Below are positions 9,380 to 17,762 of a stretch of DNA of 31,943 bases, one piece after another. Location: the IMG/VR virus record IMGVR_UViG_3300020220_000207, positions 1 through 31,943 of that record. One strand, given 5' to 3'. The number at the start of each line of letters is the position of its first letter. Positions within the stretch are counted from its first letter, which is position 1. Both the position numbers and the translations under genes were made by a program. The notes beneath the pieces are model-generated. The model did no database searches. It saw only the letters and a list, made by a program, of their open reading frames with translations, and was not told the origin of the DNA. This DNA comes from a virus (Duplodnaviria; Caudoviricetes).

Positions 9380-9784
9380 ATGATCACGTATAAACTCGAC
9401 AATCTTTCAGAGAGGGATGCACTGTTTCGGCAATTCCCTCGTCAGTATGACGTTCAGCCCGCATACGTTCAGATGGACGAAGATGGTATTGTATCAGCGT
9501 ACTATTCTGGCGAGATCGGCTATTCCGTTCCATCCTACGTATGGCATAACCGCACACTCCGGTGGCGCGTACACCCTTCAACCGACGGTCATGCTTTGCG
9601 TGACCTATTGACTGTCCAATCGTTCGAGAAATATGCGAACGATTGGGCGTTCAGTCGCATCGACGACAAATCGTTGACGGTCGGTGACTGGACAATCACC
9701 CCATGGCGCGATGCACCCACCATACCAGAAGACCCCAGCGATTATATCGGCATGGGCTGGGTTGGACACGACGGTCGCCCGTAA
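9380..9784 (+). CDS. Hypothetical protein
   Basis: AAGGA SD, 134-aa ORF. Confidence 0.55.
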   Translation: MITYKLDNLSERDALFRQFPRQYDVQPAYVQMDEDGIVSAYYSGEIGYSVPSYVWHNRTLRWRVHPSTDGHALRDLLTVQSFEKYANDWAFSRIDDKSLTVGDWTITPWRDAPTIPEDPSDYIGMGWVGHDGRP

Positions 9785-9840
9785 AGTTTCTCGACCCGGG
9801 GGCACACATCAACGCCCCCTTTAAAAAAGGACACTACAAC

Positions 9841-10002
9841 ATGAACACTGCGCAAAACACCATTCACCACCGTAAGATTGAAATTATTGTGGCTGTTTGG
9901 ATTGACGAGGACGCGAACGTACAGGATGTCGTCGCTGACCTGCATTATCAATTCGAGCATCCTGCCATTCGTGGTTATGCAGTTGCTTCAGTCGAATTTT
10001 AA
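9841..10002 (+). CDS. Hypothetical protein
   Basis: AAAGGA SD before ATG 9841 (MNTAQNTIH...). Confidence 0.5.
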   Translation: MNTAQNTIHHRKIEIIVAVWIDEDANVQDVVADLHYQFEHPAIRGYAVASVEF

Positions 10003-10027
10003 CCCCGCATTTGCAATTGAGGTGATC

Positions 10028-10231
10028 ATGCTTACTTCCGCACGACTTAACTATTCTTTGGCGATGGATCTTCTGCCCGACAACGAGTGGGAGATCTCCT
10101 GGGGATCGCTTGATGCGCCATCCGTTCTTTGCGCAGGGGCGACGTATCAGTACCCGATTGGCAAGATGCTGTTCGGCCTGCCCTTGACCTACATTCGTCC
10201 TGGACATTGGAGCGAATATGTACATTGCTGA
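10028..10231 (+). CDS. Hypothetical protein
   Basis: GAGGTG SD before ATG 10028 (MLTSARLNY...). Confidence 0.5.
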   Translation: MLTSARLNYSLAMDLLPDNEWEISWGSLDAPSVLCAGATYQYPIGKMLFGLPLTYIRPGHWSEYVHC

Positions 10232-10496
10232 AATTCCGTACTACCACAACGGACTCCATCTTACAATCGGGGTTTCCGATTGGGAACCCTACGTTCCCGG
10301 AGTAACGCACCTCGCACCTGATCACTGCTATCCCCCGGAAGGGGGATTCGGAGAATGGGAGATCATCGAACCCGAGTGCCAGCATTTGGAACTCGACGAT
10401 GAGGACGTACAAAATTTGATTTGGAGCTACTTTGAAATTGAAAATCAAAAAGGAAAGATGGATGTCCGCCTTTCAACTCGCCTTGATTTCGATTGA
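10218..10496 (+). CDS. Hypothetical acidic protein
   Basis: GGAG SD; APDHCYPPEGG.GEW motif. Confidence 0.6.
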   Translation: MYIAEIPYYHNGLHLTIGVSDWEPYVPGVTHLAPDHCYPPEGGFGEWEIIEPECQHLELDDEDVQNLIWSYFEIENQKGKMDVRLSTRLDFD

Positions 10497-10585
10497 CGAC
10501 CGCTGGCTCGGGAAAATCAATTGGGACAGCGCCCTACACTACTATTTTCTAGGATTGTCCGCCGAAGAGGCGGCAAAAAAATATA

Positions 10586-10774
10586 ATGAATACCAGCCCT
10601 AAACTGTATGACATCCCGTTTTTCTCCGCATTCACCCTTGCGCGAGACGGCAAGAAATATATCAAAGTCGGAGCACTCAACGGCGACTACCGATATATCA
10701 GGTGCCGGGATGACCAAGGCTCAACGAAAATTCTTTCAACCTATTCAAGGATTAAAAATGAACCCGTGGAATGA
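10586..10774 (+). CDS. Hypothetical protein
   Basis: 62-aa ORF in gene-dense plus cluster. Confidence 0.45.
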   Translation: MNTSPKLYDIPFFSAFTLARDGKKYIKVGALNGDYRYIRCRDDQGSTKILSTYSRIKNEPVE

Positions 10775-10988
10775 TCCATCTGATGACGCCTGGGACTTCA
10801 CAATGGGAATCGGCTACTCCCATAAGGAACTTGAGGTGTTTATACTAGAGGTGCTGCAAACCGAACGAGGTCGCCACGCAGCAGCACCTATCCTCGCAAA
10901 CTTCCTCCATCGGGAAAAGTTAGCGACGAAACCCCTCGAAAACGACTTCCGGCATGAAGTCATGCTGGCTTGGGATAATGCTCACTAG
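10758..10988 (+). CDS. Hypothetical protein
   Basis: AAGGA SD before ATG 10758 (MNPWNDPS...). Confidence 0.5.
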   Translation: MNPWNDPSDDAWDFTMGIGYSHKELEVFILEVLQTERGRHAAAPILANFLHREKLATKPLENDFRHEVMLAWDNAH

Positions 10989-11030
10989 GCTGGCTCTTGA
11001 TGCAGTTATCATGATAATAGCCCTCTATCA

Positions 11031-11234
11031 ATGCATCAAGAACAAACTCAGGTAGTCTTCAGCATCGTCTTGGTCGAAAAAGACGGTCGCGTTTCCATCC
11101 ACGCAGACTATCTCGGGCCAGAAGGATACACCTGGGAGCTTGGTATGTATATCATTCAAAATCTCAGGCGGATCGCCGACCATAATCCGAGAATCTTTGT
11201 TAACCCCATTTTCAAGGTTTCAAAGACCCAATAA
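11031..11234 (+). CDS. Hypothetical protein
   Basis: 67-aa ORF; its 3' end overlaps the convergent primase 3' end. Confidence 0.45.
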   Translation: MHQEQTQVVFSIVLVEKDGRVSIHADYLGPEGYTWELGMYIIQNLRRIADHNPRIFVNPIFKVSKTQ

Positions 11235-11964
11235 GCGCAAGGCCAGCCCTTGCGGTGCCCACCTCCCGGTGGAAATCATTAAAATCCCCCTCCGGGGGGA
11301 GAAAGTACGGACGCCCCGTCTTCATCGCGGCATCCTCGCCCGCACGATCATTGTCGGCCACGACAAACCCAGATCGCACTTTCGATAACTCCCCAGCAGA
11401 AAAATGTACATGGATCTTGTACCTCCTCTTCATCGCCCTCAAAACCTCACGAATCGACAACCCGGTCGCAAACCCCTCACAATGAATGTCCATACCGGAA
11501 TTGTCAAAACAAAACTCAGCCCCGGAACACCTCTGCCCAGCTAAAAACCTCTTCTCTCCATCCTCGGAAATCAATTGCGCTCCCACCAGATTACCAGAAT
11601 ACATGGGCACCACCAGCTTCTCCTGGTAAACATTCCACTGCAAATCAGGAAAACCTTTCCGCTCTAAATACTTGTGCGTCTTCATCATACTGTTTTTTAA
11701 TATACCATCTGCGCGCAGAGCAGCCGCCCTTTGCTTATCCTGCGTCCTATCTTCATACGTGATTTTGCCGATGGTCTGGCCACGCCAGATTGATACCTCC
11801 GCATCCATAGCATGGTTCTGCGCAAACCCAATCGAACCTAACCACTTCACCGCGCCATTTCGTTTGTTTGGATGATCCTCGGTTCTGTATCTTTTCCATA
11901 CGCCCGGTACAGGCAAGCGGTCGATTAAAATTCCATGCGACCTGCAAAATTCAATGAAGGTCAT
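11212..11964 (-). CDS. Toprim-domain primase
   Basis: YLERKG, LVVPM, CEGFATG, ADND, GDFND motifs; coupled to helicase. Confidence 0.85.
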   Translation of the reverse strand: MTFIEFCRSHGILIDRLPVPGVWKRYRTEDHPNKRNGAVKWLGSIGFAQNHAMDAEVSIWRGQTIGKITYEDRTQDKQRAAALRADGILKNSMMKTHKYLERKGFPDLQWNVYQEKLVVPMYSGNLVGAQLISEDGEKRFLAGQRCSGAEFCFDNSGMDIHCEGFATGLSIREVLRAMKRRYKIHVHFSAGELSKVRSGFVVADNDRAGEDAAMKTGRPYFLPPEGDFNDFHREVGTARAGLALIGSLKP

Positions 11965-13421
11965 TTGCGCCCCCTCAAATACAACATGAGCCGATGCCTG
12001 ATAAATTTCTCGACCTCTGCCGTTGGAGGCTTTGATACGTTTCTCAAATTCCTAGGCCATACTCCAAACTTTTCTTTGAATGTATGCGCCGCACGACCCT
12101 CCCTCCATCCCGCAAATTCCACCTTATACCAAAGCTGAGACCACCAGTCTTGCTTGTTTGCCGTGTTCGATGCACCAATCTCTACAAGCCTCCCAGGCTC
12201 AGCTTCAACCTTGTTCTTGCGCTCCCGAACATGCCCACAATGTGAACATACGTCCGAATTCGGAGGCCACAATGCATTGCATTTCGGGCACTTTGACTTC
12301 TCCTTGGCAACCTTGTCAATCTCTTTTCTGGGCTTTTCTTTCTCATCCGAAAGCGCCAATACCCCGTCATTAAATACCTCGTCCCATTGATCCCGGAATC
12401 TAAGATAGTTTCCTGAATGATCCAGCCATAATGCGTCACCTTTCCCATCACAACCCCTCATCACCCTCCCCATTTGCTGAATGTGGGATGATAATGATTT
12501 GGCAAACGGCCTTGCAGATACGCCGATACGAACATCCGGCACATCAAAACCTTTTGTCAGAATATCCGTTGCAATTAATCCGTGAATCGTTGTGTCCGGC
12601 CTGCTAAAATCCTTGATAATGTCTCTCTTGAATTGATCATCATCAAGATAGGATATGGACACAAAGTTATAACCGTGCTCTGCAAACTTTCTGGAGATGT
12701 CTGTGCCGTGAGCTACGCCAGCACAAAACACAATGGTCTTTTCCGGCTTGTTATAAATCTCATGCGTCTTGGCAATCCACTCCTGAACAATGTCTCCCGT
12801 AATTTTCATTCCGCGCTTTTCAATCTCGTCTGTAGACCACTCTCCGGCGACCTTCTTTGCGCCCTCCATATCAATCTCGGTGGATACAAACACCCTGAGC
12901 GGCACCAGTATGCTCTGATTCACCAGTTCTTTTGTCGTTGTTATTGAGACAACATTCTGATAAATGTCAGACAGCCCCTTTGTGAATGGGGTGGCGGTAA
13001 GACCCACTACCTTGATATTTTGGTTGTTTTTGATAAAGTCCTTGGTTTGTTTACGAGCGACATGACACTCGTCTACAATCAAAAGATTCAATCCCGGGAA
13101 CGATCCCCGGGCTTCCAAGGTCTGCGCAGAACAAACCTGGATGGGTTCGCTCGGCCTGTAGCGCCTATGCTTTGACTGTAAAACCCCGTGGTCGATGTTG
13201 TATCGATCCAACCGCTGACTGGTCTGATCGCATAAAATAATCCGATCCAAAACCATCGCAGCACGGCTTCCTTTGGTTTTGGCCGCATGGAGCAGAGCGA
13301 TTGCCATCTCGGTTTTGCCTGCCCCAGTGGGGGCGTAAAGGATCTGCGCTCTCTTGCCCTGCGCAAACCCCTTTCTCAGCGCGTCAAGAGTCTCCTCTTG
13401 ATACGGCCTTAAATGAAGCAT
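11961..13421 (-). CDS. SF2 DExH helicase with C-terminal Zn finger
   Basis: APTGAGKT, DECH, TAT, GFDVP, QQMGRVMR, CPKC...CSHC. Confidence 0.92.
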   Translation of the reverse strand: MLHLRPYQEETLDALRKGFAQGKRAQILYAPTGAGKTEMAIALLHAAKTKGSRAAMVLDRIILCDQTSQRLDRYNIDHGVLQSKHRRYRPSEPIQVCSAQTLEARGSFPGLNLLIVDECHVARKQTKDFIKNNQNIKVVGLTATPFTKGLSDIYQNVVSITTTKELVNQSILVPLRVFVSTEIDMEGAKKVAGEWSTDEIEKRGMKITGDIVQEWIAKTHEIYNKPEKTIVFCAGVAHGTDISRKFAEHGYNFVSISYLDDDQFKRDIIKDFSRPDTTIHGLIATDILTKGFDVPDVRIGVSARPFAKSLSSHIQQMGRVMRGCDGKGDALWLDHSGNYLRFRDQWDEVFNDGVLALSDEKEKPRKEIDKVAKEKSKCPKCNALWPPNSDVCSHCGHVRERKNKVEAEPGRLVEIGASNTANKQDWWSQLWYKVEFAGWREGRAAHTFKEKFGVWPRNLRNVSKPPTAEVEKFIRHRLMLYLRGRK

Positions 13422-14152
13422 TACTTCCTCCTAATCTGTCGTTTCAATTGAGCATTCTCATCCTGAAATTGATCGCGGCTCAGCCTCAGCGCTTCGTTCT
13501 CAATCTTCAACAAACGAATCTCCTCCCGAAGCTGACGAATTATCGTTTCTGCGTCTACACCCTCAGGAAACTCCAGCTTTGAAGTCGCCAACTGCGTCTT
13601 CAACTCTTCGTTCTCTTGGTGCAAAACATTGATTACATCGTGCTTGATGTCGTCTTCGACCTCCTCCTTGTTCACCTTCATTGTGGTAACTTTACCACTC
13701 TTGTGTTGGAATTTTTTCACAACCTTGGTCTGCTTTTGCTCTTTTCGCAATTTTGCAACAAAGGGGTGCGAGACATGGCACAGCCGTGCGATCTCCGCAT
13801 CCGACCAGTCACTCCACTCTACGTCCTCCAACATGATGAACACGCTGTTACGTTTGTCGTCGTTGGTTCGCCGCAGACCATGAAGTGCGTTGGCCCCAAG
13901 CGAGTGGAGCACCGCATCCCGAAGCGTCCCCGACACGACTTCCGCAACAATTTCCTTTCTTTTCGCACGCTTATGTGCAAAGTAACGGTGGAAACCATCT
14001 GCAAGATAGTTTTTTATGCCATCAAAGTATACAATGATCGGCGGGAAACATGCGCCCTGCAAAATCGCCTCCGCATAGTCCGCAACCGTCTCTTCGTTGA
14101 TCCTGGACCGACTTTGCGTTCCCCCATCAATGGTGATCTGATCAATGTTCAT
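13421..14152 (-). CDS. ParB/Srx N-terminal domain protein with HTH and coiled-coil
   Basis: TQSR..INEETVADYA, PPIIV, LADGFHR; WSDAEIARLCHVSHPFVAKLR HTH. Confidence 0.8.
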   Translation of the reverse strand: MNIDQITIDGGTQSRSRINEETVADYAEAILQGACFPPIIVYFDGIKNYLADGFHRYFAHKRAKRKEIVAEVVSGTLRDAVLHSLGANALHGLRRTNDDKRNSVFIMLEDVEWSDWSDAEIARLCHVSHPFVAKLRKEQKQTKVVKKFQHKSGKVTTMKVNKEEVEDDIKHDVINVLHQENEELKTQLATSKLEFPEGVDAETIIRQLREEIRLLKIENEALRLSRDQFQDENAQLKRQIRRK

Positions 14153-14348
14153 TGTGCCCCCTCATTTGCCAGCCTAACCTGAACCAACGCCAGTACGTTT
14201 GTATGTTTTTCGTCACATACTTTCGTCCATCCCACTCCCCAGGAATCCTGAGAAGCGACTCAAAGACCTTCCTTGCCTTCGCCTCTGGGTCGTGCCGGGT
14301 CCATGACTCATCCTTGACCGAGCCAAAGAGCCTCGTCTTTTCCTCCAT
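14142..14348 (-). CDS. Hypothetical protein
   Basis: AGGAGG SD before ATG 14348 (MEEKTRLF...); first gene after leftward promoter. Confidence 0.6.
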   Translation of the reverse strand: MEEKTRLFGSVKDESWTRHDPEAKARKVFESLLRIPGEWDGRKYVTKNIQTYWRWFRLGWQMRGHNEH

Positions 14349-14371
14349 GTCAACCTCCTGTGAAAGACCAC

Positions 14372-14400
14372 AGTTTACCACTTGACTGCACCGCCGTCAA
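14372..14400 (-). promoter_or_regulatory. Sigma70-type promoter for the replication operon
   Basis: Minus strand TTGACG-17 nt-TAAACT with TGn extension. Confidence 0.6.
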
Positions 14401-14411
14401 CCTGCTACACT
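14382..14411 (+). promoter_or_regulatory. Sigma70-type promoter for the Cro-like/Tas/TIGR operon
   Basis: TTGACT-18 nt-TACACT with TGn extension; overlaps the divergent promoter. Confidence 0.55.
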
Positions 14412-14456
14412 TCTTCGCATCCATCAGGTGGATGGACAACCCAACCAAGGAAAGTC

Positions 14457-14732
14457 ATGGAATCAGCTCAAGAATTGTTGAATCGTTTGCACTTCAAGGG
14501 GTGGAAGAATGCGACCATCTCCTCCACTGCGCGAATCACCATCCCAACCCTTATCAAGATTGTGAAGGGAGGCGATTGCAGGTTTTCAACCTACACTAAA
14601 CTCAAGGAACTTGAAGACCAAGATCCCCCGGTTCGCACAAAACGCCTCACCGCGAACGCGGCCCTGAAACAAATCCTCAACGCACTAACGCTTGAAGAAG
14701 CTCAGCAAGTCGCTCGCGCCGCCCTTAAGTGA
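14457..14732 (+). CDS. Putative Cro/XRE-like HTH regulator
   Basis: AAGGA SD; GWKNATISSTARITIPTLIKIVKG..CRFSTYTKL resembles a Cro-type HTH; next to divergent promoters. Confidence 0.5.
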   Translation: MESAQELLNRLHFKGWKNATISSTARITIPTLIKIVKGGDCRFSTYTKLKELEDQDPPVRTKRLTANAALKQILNALTLEEAQQVARAALK

Positions 14733-14739
14733 CACAAAA

Positions 14740-14757
14740 CCCTCGCTCCGGCGAGGG
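14740..14757 (+). other. GC-rich UNCG hairpin upstream of the Tas gene
   Basis: CCCTCGC-TCCG-GCGAGGG, 7-bp perfect stem, no U-tract. Confidence 0.55.
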
Positions 14758-14779
14758 ACTCAATCGAACGGAGTGATGC

Positions 14780-15586
14780 ATGGAATCTAACATGGAATCG
14801 TTGCAAAAACTAACCAAAGACTTAAAGTTGGCGGCCAAAACACTCACCGCTCGCGAAGTCCGGTTTCTGGTTGACTACTACTATATCGCACAAGAGGATC
14901 GCAAACGTGGAGGCAATCAGGTTCGCGCTCTCACAAAAACCGGAGAGCCTAGCAGCGTCATCGGCTGGCTGACTCTCCAAACCTCTACGCTCGAAGAAGA
15001 AATACGGAAAGCGCTTAACGCATACACACAATCTCATATCATGGGAGGCTGGGCACGGGAGGTCTATGGGATCGGTCCTGTCATTTCTGCCGGATTGCTG
15101 GCACACATCAACATCGAAAAAGCCCCCACGGTTGGGCACATCTGGCGCTTTGCGGGTTTGGACCCTACGACCTCTTGGCGCAAAGGTGAGATACGCCCGT
15201 GGAATGCTCGCCTCAAGTCTTTATGCTGGAAAATTGGGCAGTCTTTCATGAAATTTTCCAACCGGGATGACTGTTTTTATGGACACGTTTACAAACAAAG
15301 AAAAGAATACGAGGTTTCACGAAATGAATCTGGTGCCAATCGCGAGCTTGCAATTTCTATTGCAGAATCCGGGAGGTTTGGAAAAACCACCGATGCATAC
15401 AAGTCTTACTCATCGGGATTGCTGCCTCCTGCACAACTTGATGCCCGTGCCCGACGTTACGCTGTAAAGCTTTTCCTCTCCCACCTGCATGGAGAGTGGT
15501 ATCAGCGGCATTTCAATACCCCGCCTCCGTTGCCTTACGCGATTGCGCATTTGAATCACGCCCACTTTATTCCTCCGCCTCATTAA
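14780..15586 (+). CDS. tasA: TIGR-associated Nop-domain (IS110 Transposase_20-like) protein, TasA type, no evident nuclease domain
   Basis: Helical N-terminus, VYGIGPVISAGLLAHI, IWRFAGLDP, WNARLK, ARRYAVKLFLSHL match the IS110/Nop RNA-binding fold; no DEDD RuvC, no HNH; array starts at its stop codon. Confidence 0.85.
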   Translation: MESNMESLQKLTKDLKLAAKTLTAREVRFLVDYYYIAQEDRKRGGNQVRALTKTGEPSSVIGWLTLQTSTLEEEIRKALNAYTQSHIMGGWAREVYGIGPVISAGLLAHINIEKAPTVGHIWRFAGLDPTTSWRKGEIRPWNARLKSLCWKIGQSFMKFSNRDDCFYGHVYKQRKEYEVSRNESGANRELAISIAESGRFGKTTDAYKSYSSGLLPPAQLDARARRYAVKLFLSHLHGEWYQRHFNTPPPLPYAIAHLNHAHFIPPPH

Positions 15587-16769
15587 AACATCAGATAGGA
15601 GAGCGCCATATCCCCAGATTGAAACAGTGCTATGGAGCGCACCACAAACAGAGATTGAAACACTGTTACCGAGAGCACCACAGAGCAGGATTGAGACAAC
15701 GACAACGAGAGCACCAATCGGCCAGATTGAAACAACGACCACGAGAGCACCAATGGTCGAGATTGAAACACTTAACGGGAGAGCACCAACGCATTAGATT
15801 GAAACAGTTATCGGGAGAGCACCACTCAAGCAGATTGAAACAAGTGCTGAGAGAGCACCACTTTGTTGGATTGAAACATCAGCCAAGAGAGTTCCAAAGC
15901 TTTAGATTGAAACAAGAGCACCATATATGGCGTTTGAAACAAAACGCCCGAGAGCACCAGATCGAAAGATCGAAACACCGTTAGGGAGAGCACCACTCCA
16001 GCAGATTGAAACACGATCCACGAGAGCACCACTCAAGCAGATTGAAACACGCTCCACGAGCGTACCATATAGACAGATTGAAACACAGCGCATGAGAGCA
16101 CCATTCGAAAAGATTGAAACAATAAAACCGAGAGCACCATTTGAGCGGATTGAAACAGCTCCGAAGAGAACACCACTTTTGAAGATTGAAACCTCCACGG
16201 CGAGAGTACCAAGTTCAACGATTGAAACACTCTCGGTGAGAGAACCAAGCTGATCGATTGAAACACTGAAACCGAGAGCACCATTGGCGATGATTGAAAC
16301 AATTGATCGGAGAGCACCACGTCTTGAGATTGAAACACCATAAAAGAGAGCACCAGAGCAAAAGATTGAAACACCATCTCCAAGAGTACCAGTGACCAAG
16401 ATTGAAACACACGCTCAGAGCGCCCCATACATGTAGATTGAAACGCCTGCCTTGAGAACACCAAGCTGAAGGATTGAAACACGCGAACTGAGAGCACCAA
16501 TCGTCCAGATTGAAACACCCGGCAAGAGAGCACCACTTGATGAGATTGAAACACTTGACGGTAGAGCACCACGCCCGCAGATTGAAACAGTTCCATGGAG
16601 AGCACCACGCCCTTAGATTGAAACATTGGCCGATAGAGCACCAGCCGGACAGATTGAAACCGGATATACGAGAAAACCATGCGCGATGATTGAAACGATG
16701 CCGTTGAGAGAACCATGATCCTAGATTGAAACAGCCCCAGAGAGAGAACCATCACCCTAGATTGAAACA
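15581..16769 (+). ncRNA. TIGR-like dual-repeat guide-RNA array: 33 units plus a terminal repeat, 36-nt period
   Basis: GATTGAAAC recurs every 36 nt (15617, 15653, 15689 ... 16760; 30 of 34 copies exact), alternating with GAGAGCACCA (17 of 33 exact, terminal CCA invariant) and two variable ~8-nt segments; one 27-nt unit at 15905. Confidence 0.9.
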
Positions 16770-16829
16770 ACCAGGCTATTAGGATCGCATTACCGTCCCT
16801 AAATCGATGTTTAATAATCCATTTAAGCT

Positions 16830-17111
16830 ATGAACCCCATGAAACTAAATGAAGCACAGGAAAGGACGATGCAACCTGTGCTCATACTTGAAGGCATCAT
16901 GTATCTACCACACTACGTACAAGTTAATCGGTGGTGTGGCCCCGGTACAAAAATTAGTCCGTGGGGTAGTCCCGAGGATACAATACCTTTCACTACAGAA
17001 AATCTTATTGGCCGAGGGGCTGTGTGGGGGTCTTACCCACTTTGGCCCCGCAGATGGACGGAACTGTTATTGAATGCGCCACCTTTTACGGAGAAAACTG
17101 GAGAGGAATAA
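16830..17111 (+). CDS. Hypothetical protein
   Basis: 93-aa ORF after the array; start uncertain (possibly MQPVL after AAAGGA). Confidence 0.55.
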   Translation: MNPMKLNEAQERTMQPVLILEGIMYLPHYVQVNRWCGPGTKISPWGSPEDTIPFTTENLIGRGAVWGSYPLWPRRWTELLLNAPPFTEKTGEE

Positions 17112-17122
17112 GCGAAACATGA

Positions 17123-17566
17123 TTGATAATGATGGAAATTACCCCAATTAATTTGGATGAAGCAAATGCTTTTGTGGCCATTCATCATCGGCATCACAAA
17201 CCCATGCCCGGTTGCAAATTCTGCGTGGCCGTATCCGAAGACAAAGTGGTTGGCGTTGCTATTGTTGGTCGGCCCGTAGCCCGATTGCTCGATGATGGTT
17301 GGACCCTTGAAGTCAATCGATGTTGTACTGATGGGACAAAGAATGCATGTTCAATGCTTTATTCTGCCGCATGGCGAGCTGCAAAAGCCTTGGGGTATCG
17401 GCGATTAATTACCTACACATTGCCTGGAGAAGGCGGCGCGTCTTTGCGAGCATCAAATTGGAAATGCATAGGATTGCGCGGGGGGGGCAATTGGAATACG
17501 ACATCGCGACCGAGGATTGATACCGATGCTTTATTGCGAGGTCAAAAACTTTTATGGGAAGCATAA
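17123..17566 (+). CDS. XF1762-family protein (GNAT/Mom-like fold)
   Basis: EANAFV..HHRHH, VGVAIVGRPVAR.LDDG.TLEV.R.CTDG, NACSMLY, LITYTL..E.GASLRA; exact start uncertain. Confidence 0.75.
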   Translation: MIMMEITPINLDEANAFVAIHHRHHKPMPGCKFCVAVSEDKVVGVAIVGRPVARLLDDGWTLEVNRCCTDGTKNACSMLYSAAWRAAKALGYRRLITYTLPGEGGASLRASNWKCIGLRGGGNWNTTSRPRIDTDALLRGQKLLWEA

Positions 17567-17567
17567 T

Positions 17568-17762
17568 ATGACTAAAATCTGGACTCAAGAGCACTGGACC
17601 GATTACGAAAAGGGCATTATTGATGCCGAGCGTGAAAGGGTTGCCCAGTTGCTGCGCGAGCAAGCCGAGTTTTGGAAAAAGTGGGAATATCCTGAGGAGT
17701 ATATTTTTGCCGTGGATGTGCTTTTGGAGCGCATCAAATGCAAACTGAAGGATAACGCATGA
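17568..17762 (+). CDS. Hypothetical protein
   Basis: MTKIWTQEHW...AERERVAQLL; packed between neighbours. Confidence 0.55.
   Translation: MTKIWTQEHWTDYEKGIIDAERERVAQLLREQAEFWKKWEYPEEYIFAVDVLLERIKCKLKDNA

Noticed and set aside
14780-15586. Active IS110 transposase or insertion sequence
   Set aside because: No N-terminal DEDD RuvC domain, no SG motif after AGLDP, and it is followed by a guide array
15581-16769. Canonical CRISPR array
   Set aside because: Two alternating 9-10-nt repeats with ~8-nt spacers do not fit CRISPR dimensions; no cas operon seen
15410-16770. Repetitive ORFs on both strands (e.g. 15496-15984, 15902-16399, 15927-16253, 16033-16770)
   Set aside because: By-products of a 36-nt (multiple of 3) period; they appear in many frames, and conservation is at nucleotide level
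16786-16795. CGCATTACCG just after the array, partly matching predicted target ACGCATTACCGATAAC
   Set aside because: Only 10 contiguous bases match; compatible with chance
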